DNA of 64,000 nucleotides from Macrostomum lignano (lineage: Eukaryota), in assembly GCA_002269645.1 (NCBI GenBank), contig NIVC01000286.1, positions 1-64,000 of the forward strand, given 5' to 3'. Made by a program: the position numbers and the translations under genes. Shown here piece by piece: positions 1 to 11,704 of this stretch (its first letter is position 1; the number at the start of each line of letters is the position of its first letter). The notes beneath the pieces are model-generated. The model was not told the DNA's origin. It saw only the letters and a program-made list of their open reading frames with translations, and did no database searches.

Positions 1-400
1 GGCTGGACAAACTGGAAGAATCCTGGCGGAAAAGACTGGGGAATCTCGGCTGATAGACTGGATAATCGCCGGCTGGATAGACTGGGAGAATCCCGGCTGG
101 ATAGACTAGGAGAATCCCGGCAGGATAGACTTGGGAATCCCGGCTAGATTCCCAACTGGAATCCCGGTTGGGCTGGATAAACTGTGGAATCCGGCTGGAC
201 AAACTGAAGAATCCTGGCGGAAAAGACTGGGGAATCCCTGCTGGGCTGGATAGACTGGGGAATCCGGCTGGGCTGGATAGACTGGGGAATCCTGCTGCGG
301 CTTGATGGACTGGGGAATCACAGCTAGATAGACTGGGGAATCTCGCCTGAAAAGACTGGGGAATCCCGCCTGAAAAGACTGAGGATCCTGGCTGGACAGA
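1..400. repeat. GC-rich minisatellite (GCTGGATAGACTGGGGAATCCCG-type)
   Basis: Degenerate tandem units of about 23-27 bp, running off the left edge. Confidence 0.9.
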
Positions 401-693
401 CTGGAAATCCCGTTTTAAGAAATTGAAGAAATTGCTTTAAGCGGCGAAAAGTCCAAAAGACTATGGGAAATTCCATCGAATCAGTCATACCTTCCATTTC
501 CACGTTTCTCAAACGCCCTGGACAGATTTTCGAGTTGCGCAGTATCCAGGGGCAGTTGATATTCGCGAGCCAGTTCTGGAATATATTTTTATGTGCTCAA
601 GAGAGTTAATGGATGCAAAAGTTCAATTCTCACAATGGGAGGTCTCGGGTTCGATTCTGCAGACGTCTGAGCACTACTGTTGTATTAACTTAC

Positions 694-3600
694 CGCAAAC
701 TCAACTCGGTAGATGCACGAAGTGCCTTGAGGATCGAGGCGGCGCAATCTTAGCTTAATCTCATCCCAGTTGGCCACAATGCCTGGCCGGCTGAGTTCAA
801 TCAGGGACTCCAGTTCGGCCTTGGTTAGAGACTCGCGCTTCGGTTGAGTCGGTTGCTGCTGCTGCTTCTGCTGCTCAGCTTCATCCTGATTTGTCTGCTC
901 TGATTTCACGAAGCTGGCGCAGCTTCATCACGCTTGGATCTGCGGTGTCCGCTGAATATTTATAGGATATGGATAAAATACGATGGGGTGTAATAAAGTT
1001 GAATAGGATATAATGGGATATTATAGAACAGAATATAATATAATAGACTAGAATAGGATACAATAAGATAGAAGGATAGAATATGATAGAATGGAATAGG
1101 ACAGAATAGGAAAAATAGGAAAAATAGGAAAAAATAGGATAGAATAGGATAGAATAGGATAGAATAGGATAGAATAGGATAGAATAGGATAGAATGGGAT
1201 AGAATAGAATTGAATAGGATAGAATAGGATAGAATAGGATAGAATAGGATAGAATGGGATAGAATAGGATAGAATGGAATAGAATGGAATTGAATGGAAT
1301 ATAATAGGATATAATGGAATAGAATGGAAAAGAATGGAATAAAATAGGATATAATGGAATAGAATGGAATAAAATAGGATAGAGCGGAATAGAATGGAAT
1401 AGAATGGAATAAAATAGGATAGAATGGAATAGAATGGATAGAATGGAATAGAATGGAATAGAATGGAATTGAATGGAATATAATAGGATATAATGGAATA
1501 GAATGGAAAAGAATGGAATAAATAGGATATAATGGAATAGAATGGAATAAAATAGGATAGAGCGGAATAGAATGGAATAGAATGGAATAAAATAGGATAG
1601 AATGGAATAGAATGGAATAGAATGGAATAGAATGGAATAGAATGGAATTGAATGGAATATAATAGGATATAATGGAATAGAATGGAATAAAATAGGATAG
1701 AGCGGAATAGAATGGAATAGAATGGAATAAAATAGGATATAATGGGATATAATCAGTGAAGACTGACAGACGTACTGCTAAATGATTCATAGAAATAATT
1801 CATAGACAGGAAATGTCGACAAAAACAGATAAACAGCCACAGACAGGAGTCAAATTACAGCACTCCATCAGTTTGAGAGGCCGGTCAGTGGCACCAGTGG
1901 AAAGAAAAAGCAAAACCATGACAAGCTTAAATGATACATGAGATTCAAATTTCCTATATAAGATTCGAGCAGATGTGCTCTATCTTTCTCTCTTTACCCC
2001 CCTCCCTAAACTGATATCCCTTTGAGCAGGGATTATCATTCTCATCAACTGGCAAAGGCAGGGGAATGGTTTTGCCGACTCACACATCCGCCAGCTCCTA
2101 TGAGCGCCGCGAAGCCTCTCCATCAAGGCCGCCTCCTGCAGTCCACCGGACATGAAGTGCCTCAGCATCTGCCTGTAACTCCACTGCCCGTCCGGGCTGG
2201 TGTCCAGAGTTGACCAGAGCGCCGACATCTCCTGCTCGGTGACACCCAGGCCGAGGCTGCGGGTTGAGAGAGGGAAGATGACGGGGTTTGGAGCCGAATC
2301 TATATGAGATTGGAGCCGAATCTATATGAGATTGGAGCCGAATCTATATGAGATTGGAGCCGAATCTATATGAGATTGGAGCCGAATCTATATGAGATTG
2401 GAGCCGAATCTATATGAGATTGGAGCCGAATCTATATGAGAATAGAGCCGAATCTATATGAGATTAGAGCCGAATCTATATGAGATAAGAGCCGAATCTA
2501 TATGAGATTGGAGCCGAATCTATATGAGATTAGAGCTGAATCTATATGAGATAGAGCCGAATCTATATGAGAATAGAGCCGAATCTATATGAGATTAGAG
2601 CCGAATCTATATGAGATTAGAGCCGAATCTATATGAGATAAGAGCCGAATCTATATGAGATTGGAGCCGAATCTATATGAGATTGGAGCCGAATCTATAT
2701 GAGATTGGAGCCGAATCTATATGAGATTGGAGCCGAATCTATATGAGAAGAGTTGAATCTATATGAGATTGGAGTCGAATCTATATGAGATTAGAGCCGA
2801 ATCTATATGAGATTGGAGCTGAATCTATATGAGAATAGAGCCGAATCTATATGAGATTAGAGCCGAATCTATATGAGAATAGAGCCGAATCTATATGAGA
2901 TTGGAGCCGAATCTATATGAGATTGGAGCCGAATCTATATGAGATTGGAGCCGAATCTATATGAGATTGGAGCCAAATCTATATGAAATTGGAGCCAAAT
3001 CTATATGAGATTGGAGCCGAATCTATATGAAATTGGAGCCGAATCTATATGAGATTGGAGTTGAATCTATATGAGATTGGAGCCAAATCTATATGAGATT
3101 GGAGCCGAATCTATATGAGATTGGAGCTGAATCTATACGAGAATCTTAAGGACCATAAATCTTACAATTTAGCTCTCATCGCTAACTGCATCACCAATAA
3201 CTCACGCGTTAAGCAAGGACCGGAACTGCTTGCAGCTGATTCTGCCGGTATTGCGCCGGTCCATCTGCTTGTACAGCTTGTCCACCTGGTGGAAGTGAGC
3301 AGTCAGGGTGGCCTGAGTCATTCTGGCCAAGTCCAACAGGGATCTCTGCTGCTGCTGCTGCTCTCGCTTTGACTGCGAGTTCTTCTTTGTCTGGAACTTC
3401 ACCTCCTTGATTGCAGGAGTCGCGGAGTCAGCTGAAGGAGCAACTTCAAGCTGCTGCTTTTGCTGCTGCTGAGATGGCGGTTTCGGGCAGATCGGCTGCT
3501 TGGCCCACATTTTTGGTCTAGGAAAGTAAAAAATTCGAAAGTATACTTTAGTCCCGTTTTATATTCAGAAAACGGCGAATCCCGTATGTTTGATGGAAAT

Positions 3601-6600
3601 CACTGTTGATGATAATCAAGTTAAAGGGGGAATCCTAGCAGATGGAAAATCCATCCACTTTAAGAGGGAATCCCAGTAGCTAGAGATTCCATCCACTCGG
3701 AGGGGGAATCCCAGTAGATGGAGAATCCATCCAACTTTGAGAGGGAGTCCTAGCAGATAGAGAATCCGTCCACTTTTAGAGGGAGTCCTAGCAGATAGAG
3801 AATCCGTCCACTTTTAGAGGGAGTCCTAGCAGATAGAGAATCCGTCCACTTTGAAAGGGAATCCCAGTAGATAGAGAATCCATCCACTTTGAGAAGGAAT
3901 CCCAGTAAGATGGAGAATCTATCCACTCGGAGGGGAACCCCAGTAGATAGAGAATCGATCCACTTTGAAAGGGAATCCCAGTAGATAGAGAATCCATCCA
4001 CTTTGAGAAGGAATCCCAGTAAGATGGAGAATCTATCCACTCGGAGGGGGAACCCCAGTAGATAGAGAATCGATCCACTTTGAAAGGGAATCTCAGTAGA
4101 TAGAGAATCCATCCGCTTTGAGAAGGAATCCCAGTAAGATGGAGAATCTATCCACTCGGAGGGGGAATCCCAGTAGATAGAGAATCATCCACTTTGAAAG
4201 GGAATCCCAGTAGATAGAGAATCCATCCTCTTTGAGAAAAAATCCCAGTAAGATGGAGAATCTATCCAATTTGAAAGGAATCCCAGTAGATAGAGAATCC
4301 ATCCTCTTTGAGAAAAAATCCCAGTAAGATGGAGAATCTATCCAATTTGAAAGGAATCCCAGTAGATAGAGAATCCATCCTCTTTGAGAAAAAATCCCAG
4401 TAAGATGGAGAATCTATTCAATTTGAAAGGAATCCCAGTAGATAGAGAATCCATCCACTTTGAGAAGGAATCCCAGTAAGATGGAGAATCCATCCTCTTT
4501 GAGAAAAAATCCCAGTAAGATGGAGAATCTATTCAATTTGAAAGGAATCCCAGTAGATAGAGAATCCATCCACTTTGAGAAGGAATCCCAGTAAGATGGA
4601 GAATCCATCCTCTTTGAGAAAAAATCCCAGTAAGATGGAGAATCTATTCAATTTGAAAGGAATCCCAGTAGATAGAGAATCCATCCACTTTGAGAAGGAA
4701 TCCCAGTAAGATGGAGAATTTATCCACTCGGAGGGGGAATCCCAGTAAGATGGAGAATCTATCCACTTTGAGAGGGAATCCCAGCAGATGGAGAATCCAG
4801 TTAGAGGGGGCAACCCAGCAGATGGAGAATCCAGTTAGGGGAGGGAATCCCAGTAGATGGATATTAACTGAAACCCCAGTGGGCGGAGAATCCATCGGAC
4901 AAGGGAAATTCCAAAAAGTACAGATTGAAGTCGGGGCGATCTCCCAGATCTGCAGTGGCTCACGCGATGTGAAACTGCTCCAAGAACGGCATGTACTGCA
5001 CAGCGCCGTTTCGGCTTCTCGTCAGTCGGGCCAGGACGCTCGCCAGCTGGTGGGCGGGGACCTCCGCTCGGAGCACCCGGCCGACAATGGCTCGGAAGGC
5101 GTCCTCAGACACCAGGCCGGTCTTCTGTGGATCGTCGCGTCTGGAAGATCGATTAACCAGCTGCTTTTCTGAGTTAAAGCACAATCGGGATTTCCTCAAT
5201 TTTTCTTCAATCAAAATTTAAACAGGAATTCCATTGAGCCTAAATATAGTATGGAATTCTGTTCGATCTAAATTTAGCCTGGAATTCCCCTGAGACTTGA
5301 TATCGCGCGCGGCTACATTCAGTTGGGGCTTCACAGCCATGAGGGCCAACCCCCCCCCCCAAGGCACAGAGAGTGTGCATGCCTGACCGATTAGAAAGTC
5401 AGGGCTGCTCCCCAGCACCCCAGAGACGGAGTTACAATCAGCTGATCGATATGAATGTCTTACGTAAATCCGAAATGCAGAAGCAGGTAGTCTCTGTGCA
5501 GAAACTGTAGAAGCCGCAATTCCATTTGGTAAGGCGACAAGTTCTGGCGCTTCAGAGGGCAATCTTGACCTTCGTCGAACCTGAAGTGTGAAAAAAAGTT
5601 GCGCGAAAAAACAATCAAAACAAAGTCAACGCATGCAGTCTGCTTCTGAACAGACTTGCAGCTTACGAACGACCTCAAAACATGGGCTCATTTCGAAAAT
5701 TGGCTCATTTCTTAGTCCAGTGACTCTTCATTCGTTCCTTCAACTCGGGGATGTCTGGGTAGTTTAGCAAATGAGATGAAGTGAAGGCCAGATGAATGTC
5801 AGGAAGGTCCGGGTGTTTACTTGCTAAGCCTAATACTCTTATCGAGTTCGGAGTCCACTTGGAACCTGTAGGCTCGCCCTCGCGAGTCAGCTCTCGGCTG
5901 ATAAGGGACTTCACCCTCAATTTCCTTCTCACAGGGAAGCCACTTCCTATGGGCTTGGTTAGTAAAGTTGAATTCGTCGCAAAATTGAGTCTGTCAATCA
6001 CGGTATGCAGCCCAGAAGTGCAGATCACCGCCAGCAGCTCGCAGCCTGCACGGAAGCACGGCACTGCTTGCTGTTTACGGCCGGCGATGCTGCAAAAACA
6101 CACGACTTGCTTCGAGATTAATCACGACTTTTGGGGGCGGCTAAAATTTGAGCAGTTGCCGACGAGAAAAATTTAGTGGAAACGATAATTGAATTGCAAA
6201 TAATGCTCTGGCCCGGACTAGCTTGGACAAAGGAAAATTAATTCTTTTGATGGCTTGGACTGGTCCTTTGATGGGCAGGCCGCCTCACAGAGTTATCATG
6301 CAATAACGGTAATTGGTAAATTTTCTAATTTTCTCCGTGGAGAATACCCCTGAGTAGAAATTCTCCTGGGAGAATTCATGCTTTGATGCTCTTAGGTACG
6401 AGCTAGAAGTGATATTTTTTCTATACTAAAGCTCTTCAGAATACACGTCTCTGGTCCATGTTTGGTGATTGCTCCTGGTCTACATCGCAAAACTGTGGGA
6501 AATCTGTGTTTCTATGAAATGAATGTAGGGGAGACTCCGTGTTTCTAAAAATACTTACCAGGCGAACCTATGTTTCTAAAATTAACTACTTGAAGATTAA

Positions 6601-9600
6601 AGTTTCTTTAAATAACTCTAAGGAGAAACCCCTTGTCAAAAATAACTTCACGGCGAGTTCATGTTTCAAATAATAACCATAGAGAGAGTACGAGTTTCCA
6701 TAAATAACTACAGGGAGAATCCATGTTTCTATAGTAACTACAGGGAGAATCTGAGTTTCTATTAATAACTACAAGGCGAATCCATATTTCCATAAATAAC
6801 TACAGGGAGAATCCATGTTTCTATTAATAACTAAGGGAGAATCCATGTTTCTATAGATAACTACAGGGAGAATCCTGGAAAATTTAAAGATATAATAGAA
6901 ATTTGTCACTCACGCAATCGGTGTCTTGTCCGATAGCAGGTAGCGGCTGAGCAGAGAATTCGCGCCCTTAGCCTGCAGCTTGGCCAGGAGATCCTCGTAG
7001 CTCACCGCTCCGGCGTAGCCGGGTCGCAGGCCGAACCGGATGAGGAACTGGTCGAACCCGACGCTGTCCGGCCCGTCGGCAGTCGGAAGCCGAATTCGCG
7101 AAGCACGCGTTGCAGTTCGCCAATTGCCAGTCGACCGGAGCGCTCCGTGTCTGCGTGTTGGAATGCCGCTAGCAGGGCCTCGTAGGGCTCCTCGAACTGG
7201 CGGAGAGGTGGTCGATTTTTGGTGACATTTTGGGAAGAATTCTTTCAACTTGGATTCTATTGAGTCGCCCAAAATAGAGGCCACCAACAGTGTGTTCCGC
7301 AGTGACTCCTCAGTGACTCCTCAGTGACTCCTCAGTGACTCCAAGTTACTCGCATAGTGAACCCTCAATGATCTTCACTGATCTCTCAGTGATCCCATAG
7401 TGACTTCGCAGCGACCCCACAGTGACCCCATAGTGACTCCTCAGTGACCCCCCCGTCAGTGACCCATTCCGACCTACCATGTAGTAAAAAGCGTCCATAA
7501 AATGATCGAAAACTGGACGGTTTTTTCGCATGAGCTCGAATCGCTTCAAATGCTTGAAGTCAGCCGCCGTGGCCTGTGCTGAGCTGGGTGTCGCAGCGGT
7601 CTCGGCGGCTGCTGGTTGAGGTGACGAAGGCTTCTGCTGCTGCTCAGATGAAGCCTTAAAAATGACAAAAAATACTGCTGTTATAAATGTGTCAAGTCTT
7701 TGAGCGGGTCAGTGCAGCGTCAGTGGAGGGTGCTAGCGGGTCAGTGAAGCATCAGTGGAGGGTGCTAGCGGGTCAGTGCAGCAGCAGTGGAGGGTGCTAG
7801 CGGGTCAGTGAAGCGTCAGTGGAGGGTGCTAGCGGGTCAGTGAAGCGTCAGTGGAGGGTGCTAGCGGGTCAGTGCAGCAGCAGTGGAGGGTGCTAGCGGG
7901 TCAGTGCAGCAGCAGTGGAGGGTGCTAGCGGGTCAGTGCAGCAGCAGTGGAGGGTGCTAGCGGGTCAGTGCAGCAGCAGTGGAGGGTGCTAGCGGGTCAG
8001 TGCAGCAGCAGTGGAGGGTGCTAGCGGGTCAGTGCAGAAGCAGTGGAGGGTGCTAGCGGGTCAGTGCAGAAGCAGTGGAGGGTGCTAGCGGGTCAGTGCA
8101 GCAGCAGTGGAGGGGGCTAGCGGGTCAGTGAAGCATCAGTGGAGGGTGCTAGCGGGTCAGTGCAGCATCAGTGGAGGGGGCTAGCGGGCCTCACCTCCTC
8201 AGGTTTGATTGCAGGCGATTCATCTTTCTGCTGCAGATCCAGCTTTCTTCTCTCAGCGTGACTTGGCGCAGTTTTCGATCTGGGCGGTCCGCGCTGGGTC
8301 CTCTGGCCCTGATTACTGCTGCACGACAGTCCCAGAAGAGTCTGCAGCTGACTTGTGCTCACAGCTCCAGTGCCGTGAAGGTCAAATCTGAATTTTATAT
8401 TGCGGCTTTTATTATTTTTGGTTCGTTTCGAGGAAAACAGTTTCTAAGAAACTAACTTCTAAGTGTGTTTTTGTTTAAATCTGAGCCATCCTTTTTGTTA
8501 CTTATTGTTTGTTTTGTTGTGAGTTCAGGGAAAAAAAACATAATGCGTGTTGTTTATATTTAAATCTATTTGTATACAGACACTTTACCGCTAAAAATCA
8601 GCCTTAACAACAATTTCATCCCCCGAATTCATCCCCATATTGAAATTTTATGTAACCCGGGCTTTCTTTGAAAGCGTTTTGAAATTCTACGAAAATGATT
8701 CCAGCACTGACGTCAATAAACAGGCTTGTGTTTATCGCCGTTTTTCTAAACCGCAGAAAAGAACATTATAAAAAAGTGGCTGAAAAGAACAGTTTTCATT
8801 GTGATTGACAAACATTCAAGGTTTATTAAATTGCCTCTGTTGTGCTCAACGAGAAACGCTGGATTTTCCAAGAAACAAATCATTTGCGGCAATTCAGCGT
8901 CACTCTATTTTTGTTGCTAGATAAACTGCTTCATCCGCTAATTGCCCTGTTTTGCCAGCCTCTCCTGTTGTGCTTTTCTGTGCGGTACAAAAACAAAATC
9001 CAAAGTTCTGCGACTTTCCAAAGTAAATGAGAATTATTTAACCTTTTCGGAAATGTTTTTCAGAATAGAATCAAAGAAACAGCACGAATTGTGGAGCAAA
9101 TGAAAAAAATATTCCAATTAGGCTGCTGAGCTGCCTTCTTTTCGAATGCTTCTAATCCCGGAAATAGGTCTGGTGAAAACAGAAAATATGCTTAAAGTTA
9201 ATGATTGAATAGCACTACTGACTAAAGCTTTTCGTAAGTAGCATGAAGAGGATTTTTCACAAAAATATTCCTTAGACTGAACGTAAATGGCTGCTGTAAT
9301 TTCTCATCCCTCATTTAGTTAGACAGGGGGCTGTAAGCGACATTGTCACGCAACCGGCGAGAGGCATTGCTGCCCATTCCGCCGACTCCCCTGAGCAGGC
9401 ACACAAGCGCGCGGATACGTACGCAGTCATACGCACAGGCACACACTCACACAGGAGTGTACAGCGGCCCTGACTTTATTTATCGTTAGGCATGTACACT
9501 TCACTGTGCCTTGGGGTTGGCCCTCAGGCCGTTAATTGCACGAGCAGAGCCAAGCCGAGATTCCAATTCAGCCCAAGATTAATGTGACTGCACTTGGAAT

Positions 9601-11704
9601 CGAGCCTGGGTCGCTGGCACACCAGAGCGACGCTCTGGACCACCGAGGGCTACGGCTGAATTTAATAAGACCTGCAGAAGGCAAAAACTAGAGCAACTGG
9701 CTGGATGGTACTTCAATGGTGCTGTAAAATAATTTAAATTGATCGTAGACCATCTAAAAATTTATTGCTGATTTATTGCTGATTTACGCAATAGTAGTTT
9801 GAAAAATCAGCTATAAAAATCTTCGGGTTGGTTTTGAAATTAATAAAGGAAAGTTGTTCCTGCAGTTACAATATTTATAGAAACATGGATTCTCCCTGCA
9901 GTTACTTATAGAAACATGGATTCTCTCTGCAGTTATTTGGGGAAAGATGGATTCTCGATGTAGTTATTTATGGAAAAATGGATGCTCCCTGTACTTATCG
10001 AATATTTATGAGCATGGAATCTCCCCGCAATCATTTATAGAGACATGGATTCGCCCTGCAGTTACTTATAGACACATGGAATCTCCCTGCAGTTATTTAT
10101 AGAAACATGGATTCTCCCTGCAGTTATTTATAGAAACATGGATTCGCCCTGCAGTTATTTATAGAAACATGGATTCGCCCTGCAGTTACTTATAGACACA
10201 TGGATTCTCCCTGCAGTTATTTATAGACACATGGAATCTCCCTGCAGTTATTTATAGAAACATGGATTCGCCCTGCAGTTATTTTAAGAAAAATCAATTT
10301 CCTATATGCTACTTAAAACGATCATCTCACCTGCCCCAGAACTTGTCCGTATCGCCCGGCGCCAGGGGAATCCGCAGCAGTTCCAGAGCGCGCACCAGCT
10401 GCGGTTTCAGCACAACACCGTCCGGCTCAAAGCAGGCGGCCGGCAGGATGTCGGCCAAATCAAAGCCCGGCTGCGCCACCCGCTGACGCATCATGGCGAA
10501 CGCGTGCGCCACGCTGACCGGCTTGCTGCTGTACCGCCCGATCAGCGGCGCCGCTGCGGTGCCTGATGGCGGCGAAGTCGACGAACTGTCGGAGAAGCCG
10601 GCCTTGAAATCGGCGAATGTCACGGTCTGCTTGTCCTCGAGGCCCAGACGGTCGAGCAGACGGTGGAATTGTTCGAATCGGATGTGGCCGCAGATGCTGT
10701 ACAGAATACGCAGCAGCGCGTTTCTGGAATCGGCAGATCGTTTGAAATTTTTTTATTAAATACGATCTGTCCTCAACCCACAAAAACCCTACTCTATCTC
10801 AGCCACCCTCACCCTCACACCCTGCACCAACCCCCAGCCACTCTCCTACAATCACACCCTGCCCCAACCCCCCACCACTCTCTCACCCTCACACCCTGCA
10901 CCAACCCCCAGTCACTTTCTTACCCTCACATACTGCCCCAACCCCCCACCACTCTCTTATCCTCATACACTGCCCCAACCACCAGCCTCTCTCACCCTCA
11001 TGCACACACTGCCCCAACTCCCAGCCACTCTCTTACCCTCACACCTAGCCCCAACCAACCCCCAGCCACTCTCTTACCCCTTACAACCTGCCCCAACCCC
11101 CAGCCACTGTCTTACCCTCACACCCTGCCCCAACCAACCCCCAGACACTCTCTTGCCCCTTACAACCTGCCCCAACCCACAGTCACTCTCTTACCCTCAC
11201 TCACACCCACCCTGCACCAACCAACCGGCAGCCACTCTCTTACCCCTTACAACCTGCCCCAACAGCACTTACCTGTGCACTCTGCCGCACTGTGAGGGAT
11301 CGGCATTGCGGAACAGGCACTCTACAGCGTATTGCTCTTTACGCAGCTTCTCCCTAATTAGATAGTCAATCTCTGAGTCCGTGATCAGTTCATCCTTCAG
11401 CTTCTTCTGTTGTAATCTGGCGTCGTAGCTCTCTGAAAGGTCATTTAGAAAATCAAAAAATATTTTTCAAAAAAATATAAGCACTGACCGCATGGCAACC
11501 CTTACCCTGAGCTCGTCTAGCTGATCTGCAGTAGCCGCCGACATCGCCGACTCGGCATTCCAGATCCAGATTGCTGCACACGTCAATCCTGGCGGAGCCG
11601 GTGACATTCAGCGATCGCAGCGAGTCCGGATCCCGCTGACCAGTGTGCCGGACCGGCTGGCGCAGCTTCGGGGTGGCTGCGCTGCGCACGGGCTGGCTTA
11701 ACAT
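694..11704 (-). CDS. EFCAB6: EF-hand calcium-binding domain protein 6-like, multi-exon, continues beyond left edge; two apparent frameshifts
   Basis: GT-AG exons: 11704-11506, 11432-11273, 10723-10331, 8387-8195, 7654-7478, 7196-6914, 5580-5464, 5140-4964, 3517-3206, 2256-2084, 951-694. Repeated EF-hand-like units (FRNADPSQCGRV, FDLHGTGAVS, FQHADTERSGRL, DDPQKTGLVSEDAF, QMDRRNTGRIS, LDTSPDGQWSY, LRRLDPQGTSCI). Phases match except exon 7196-6914 (1 nt short) and exon 951-694 (1 nt long). Orthology is from remembered similarity. Confidence 0.75.
960..1750. repeat. Pentanucleotide satellite (GAATA/GAATG/GGATA)n
   Basis: Direct inspection; explains spurious ORF 960-1790. Confidence 0.95.
2296..3135. 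repeat. 22-bp minisatellite GAGATTGGAGCCGAATCTATAT
   Basis: About 38 highly similar tandem units. Confidence 0.95.
3640..4860. repeat. Minisatellite GGGAATCCCAGTAGATAGAGAATCCATCCACTTT-type
   Basis: Tandem units of about 35-40 bp. Confidence 0.92.
6690..6875 (+). repeat. 29-bp minisatellite AATAACTACAGGGAGAATCCATGTTTCTA
   Basis: About 6 good units plus degenerate units upstream; reverse complement of the array at 9860-10285. Confidence 0.9.
7300..7465. repeat. Short CAGTGACTCCT-type repeats
   Basis: Direct inspection. Confidence 0.7.
7705..8188. repeat. 32-bp minisatellite CAGTGGAGGGTGCTAGCGGGTCAGTGCAGCAG
   Basis: About 15 units filling most of one intron and abutting the donor at 8194. 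Confidence 0.95.
9302..9655 (-). mobile_element. Probable second tRNA-derived SINE family
   Basis: Minus strand begins GCCCTCGGTGGTCCAGAGCGTCGCTC...CCAGGCTCGATTCC (A- and B-box-like). Body is unrelated to the other SINE; only one copy in the window. Confidence 0.5.
9860..10285 (-). repeat. 29-bp minisatellite TAGAAACATGGATTCTCCCTGCAGTTATT
   Basis: About 14 units; inverted relative to 6690-6875. Confidence 0.9.
10790..11265. repeat. C-rich minisatellite (CCCAACCCCCAGCCACTCTCTTACCCTCACAC-type)
   Basis: Degenerate units of about 40 bp filling intron 2 of the EFCAB6-like gene. Confidence 0.85.

Noticed and set aside
11487-11500. RFX X-box in EFCAB6-like intron 1 (GACCGCATGGCAAC)
   Set aside because: Only one good half-site (10/14 to the palindromic consensus); expected by chance.
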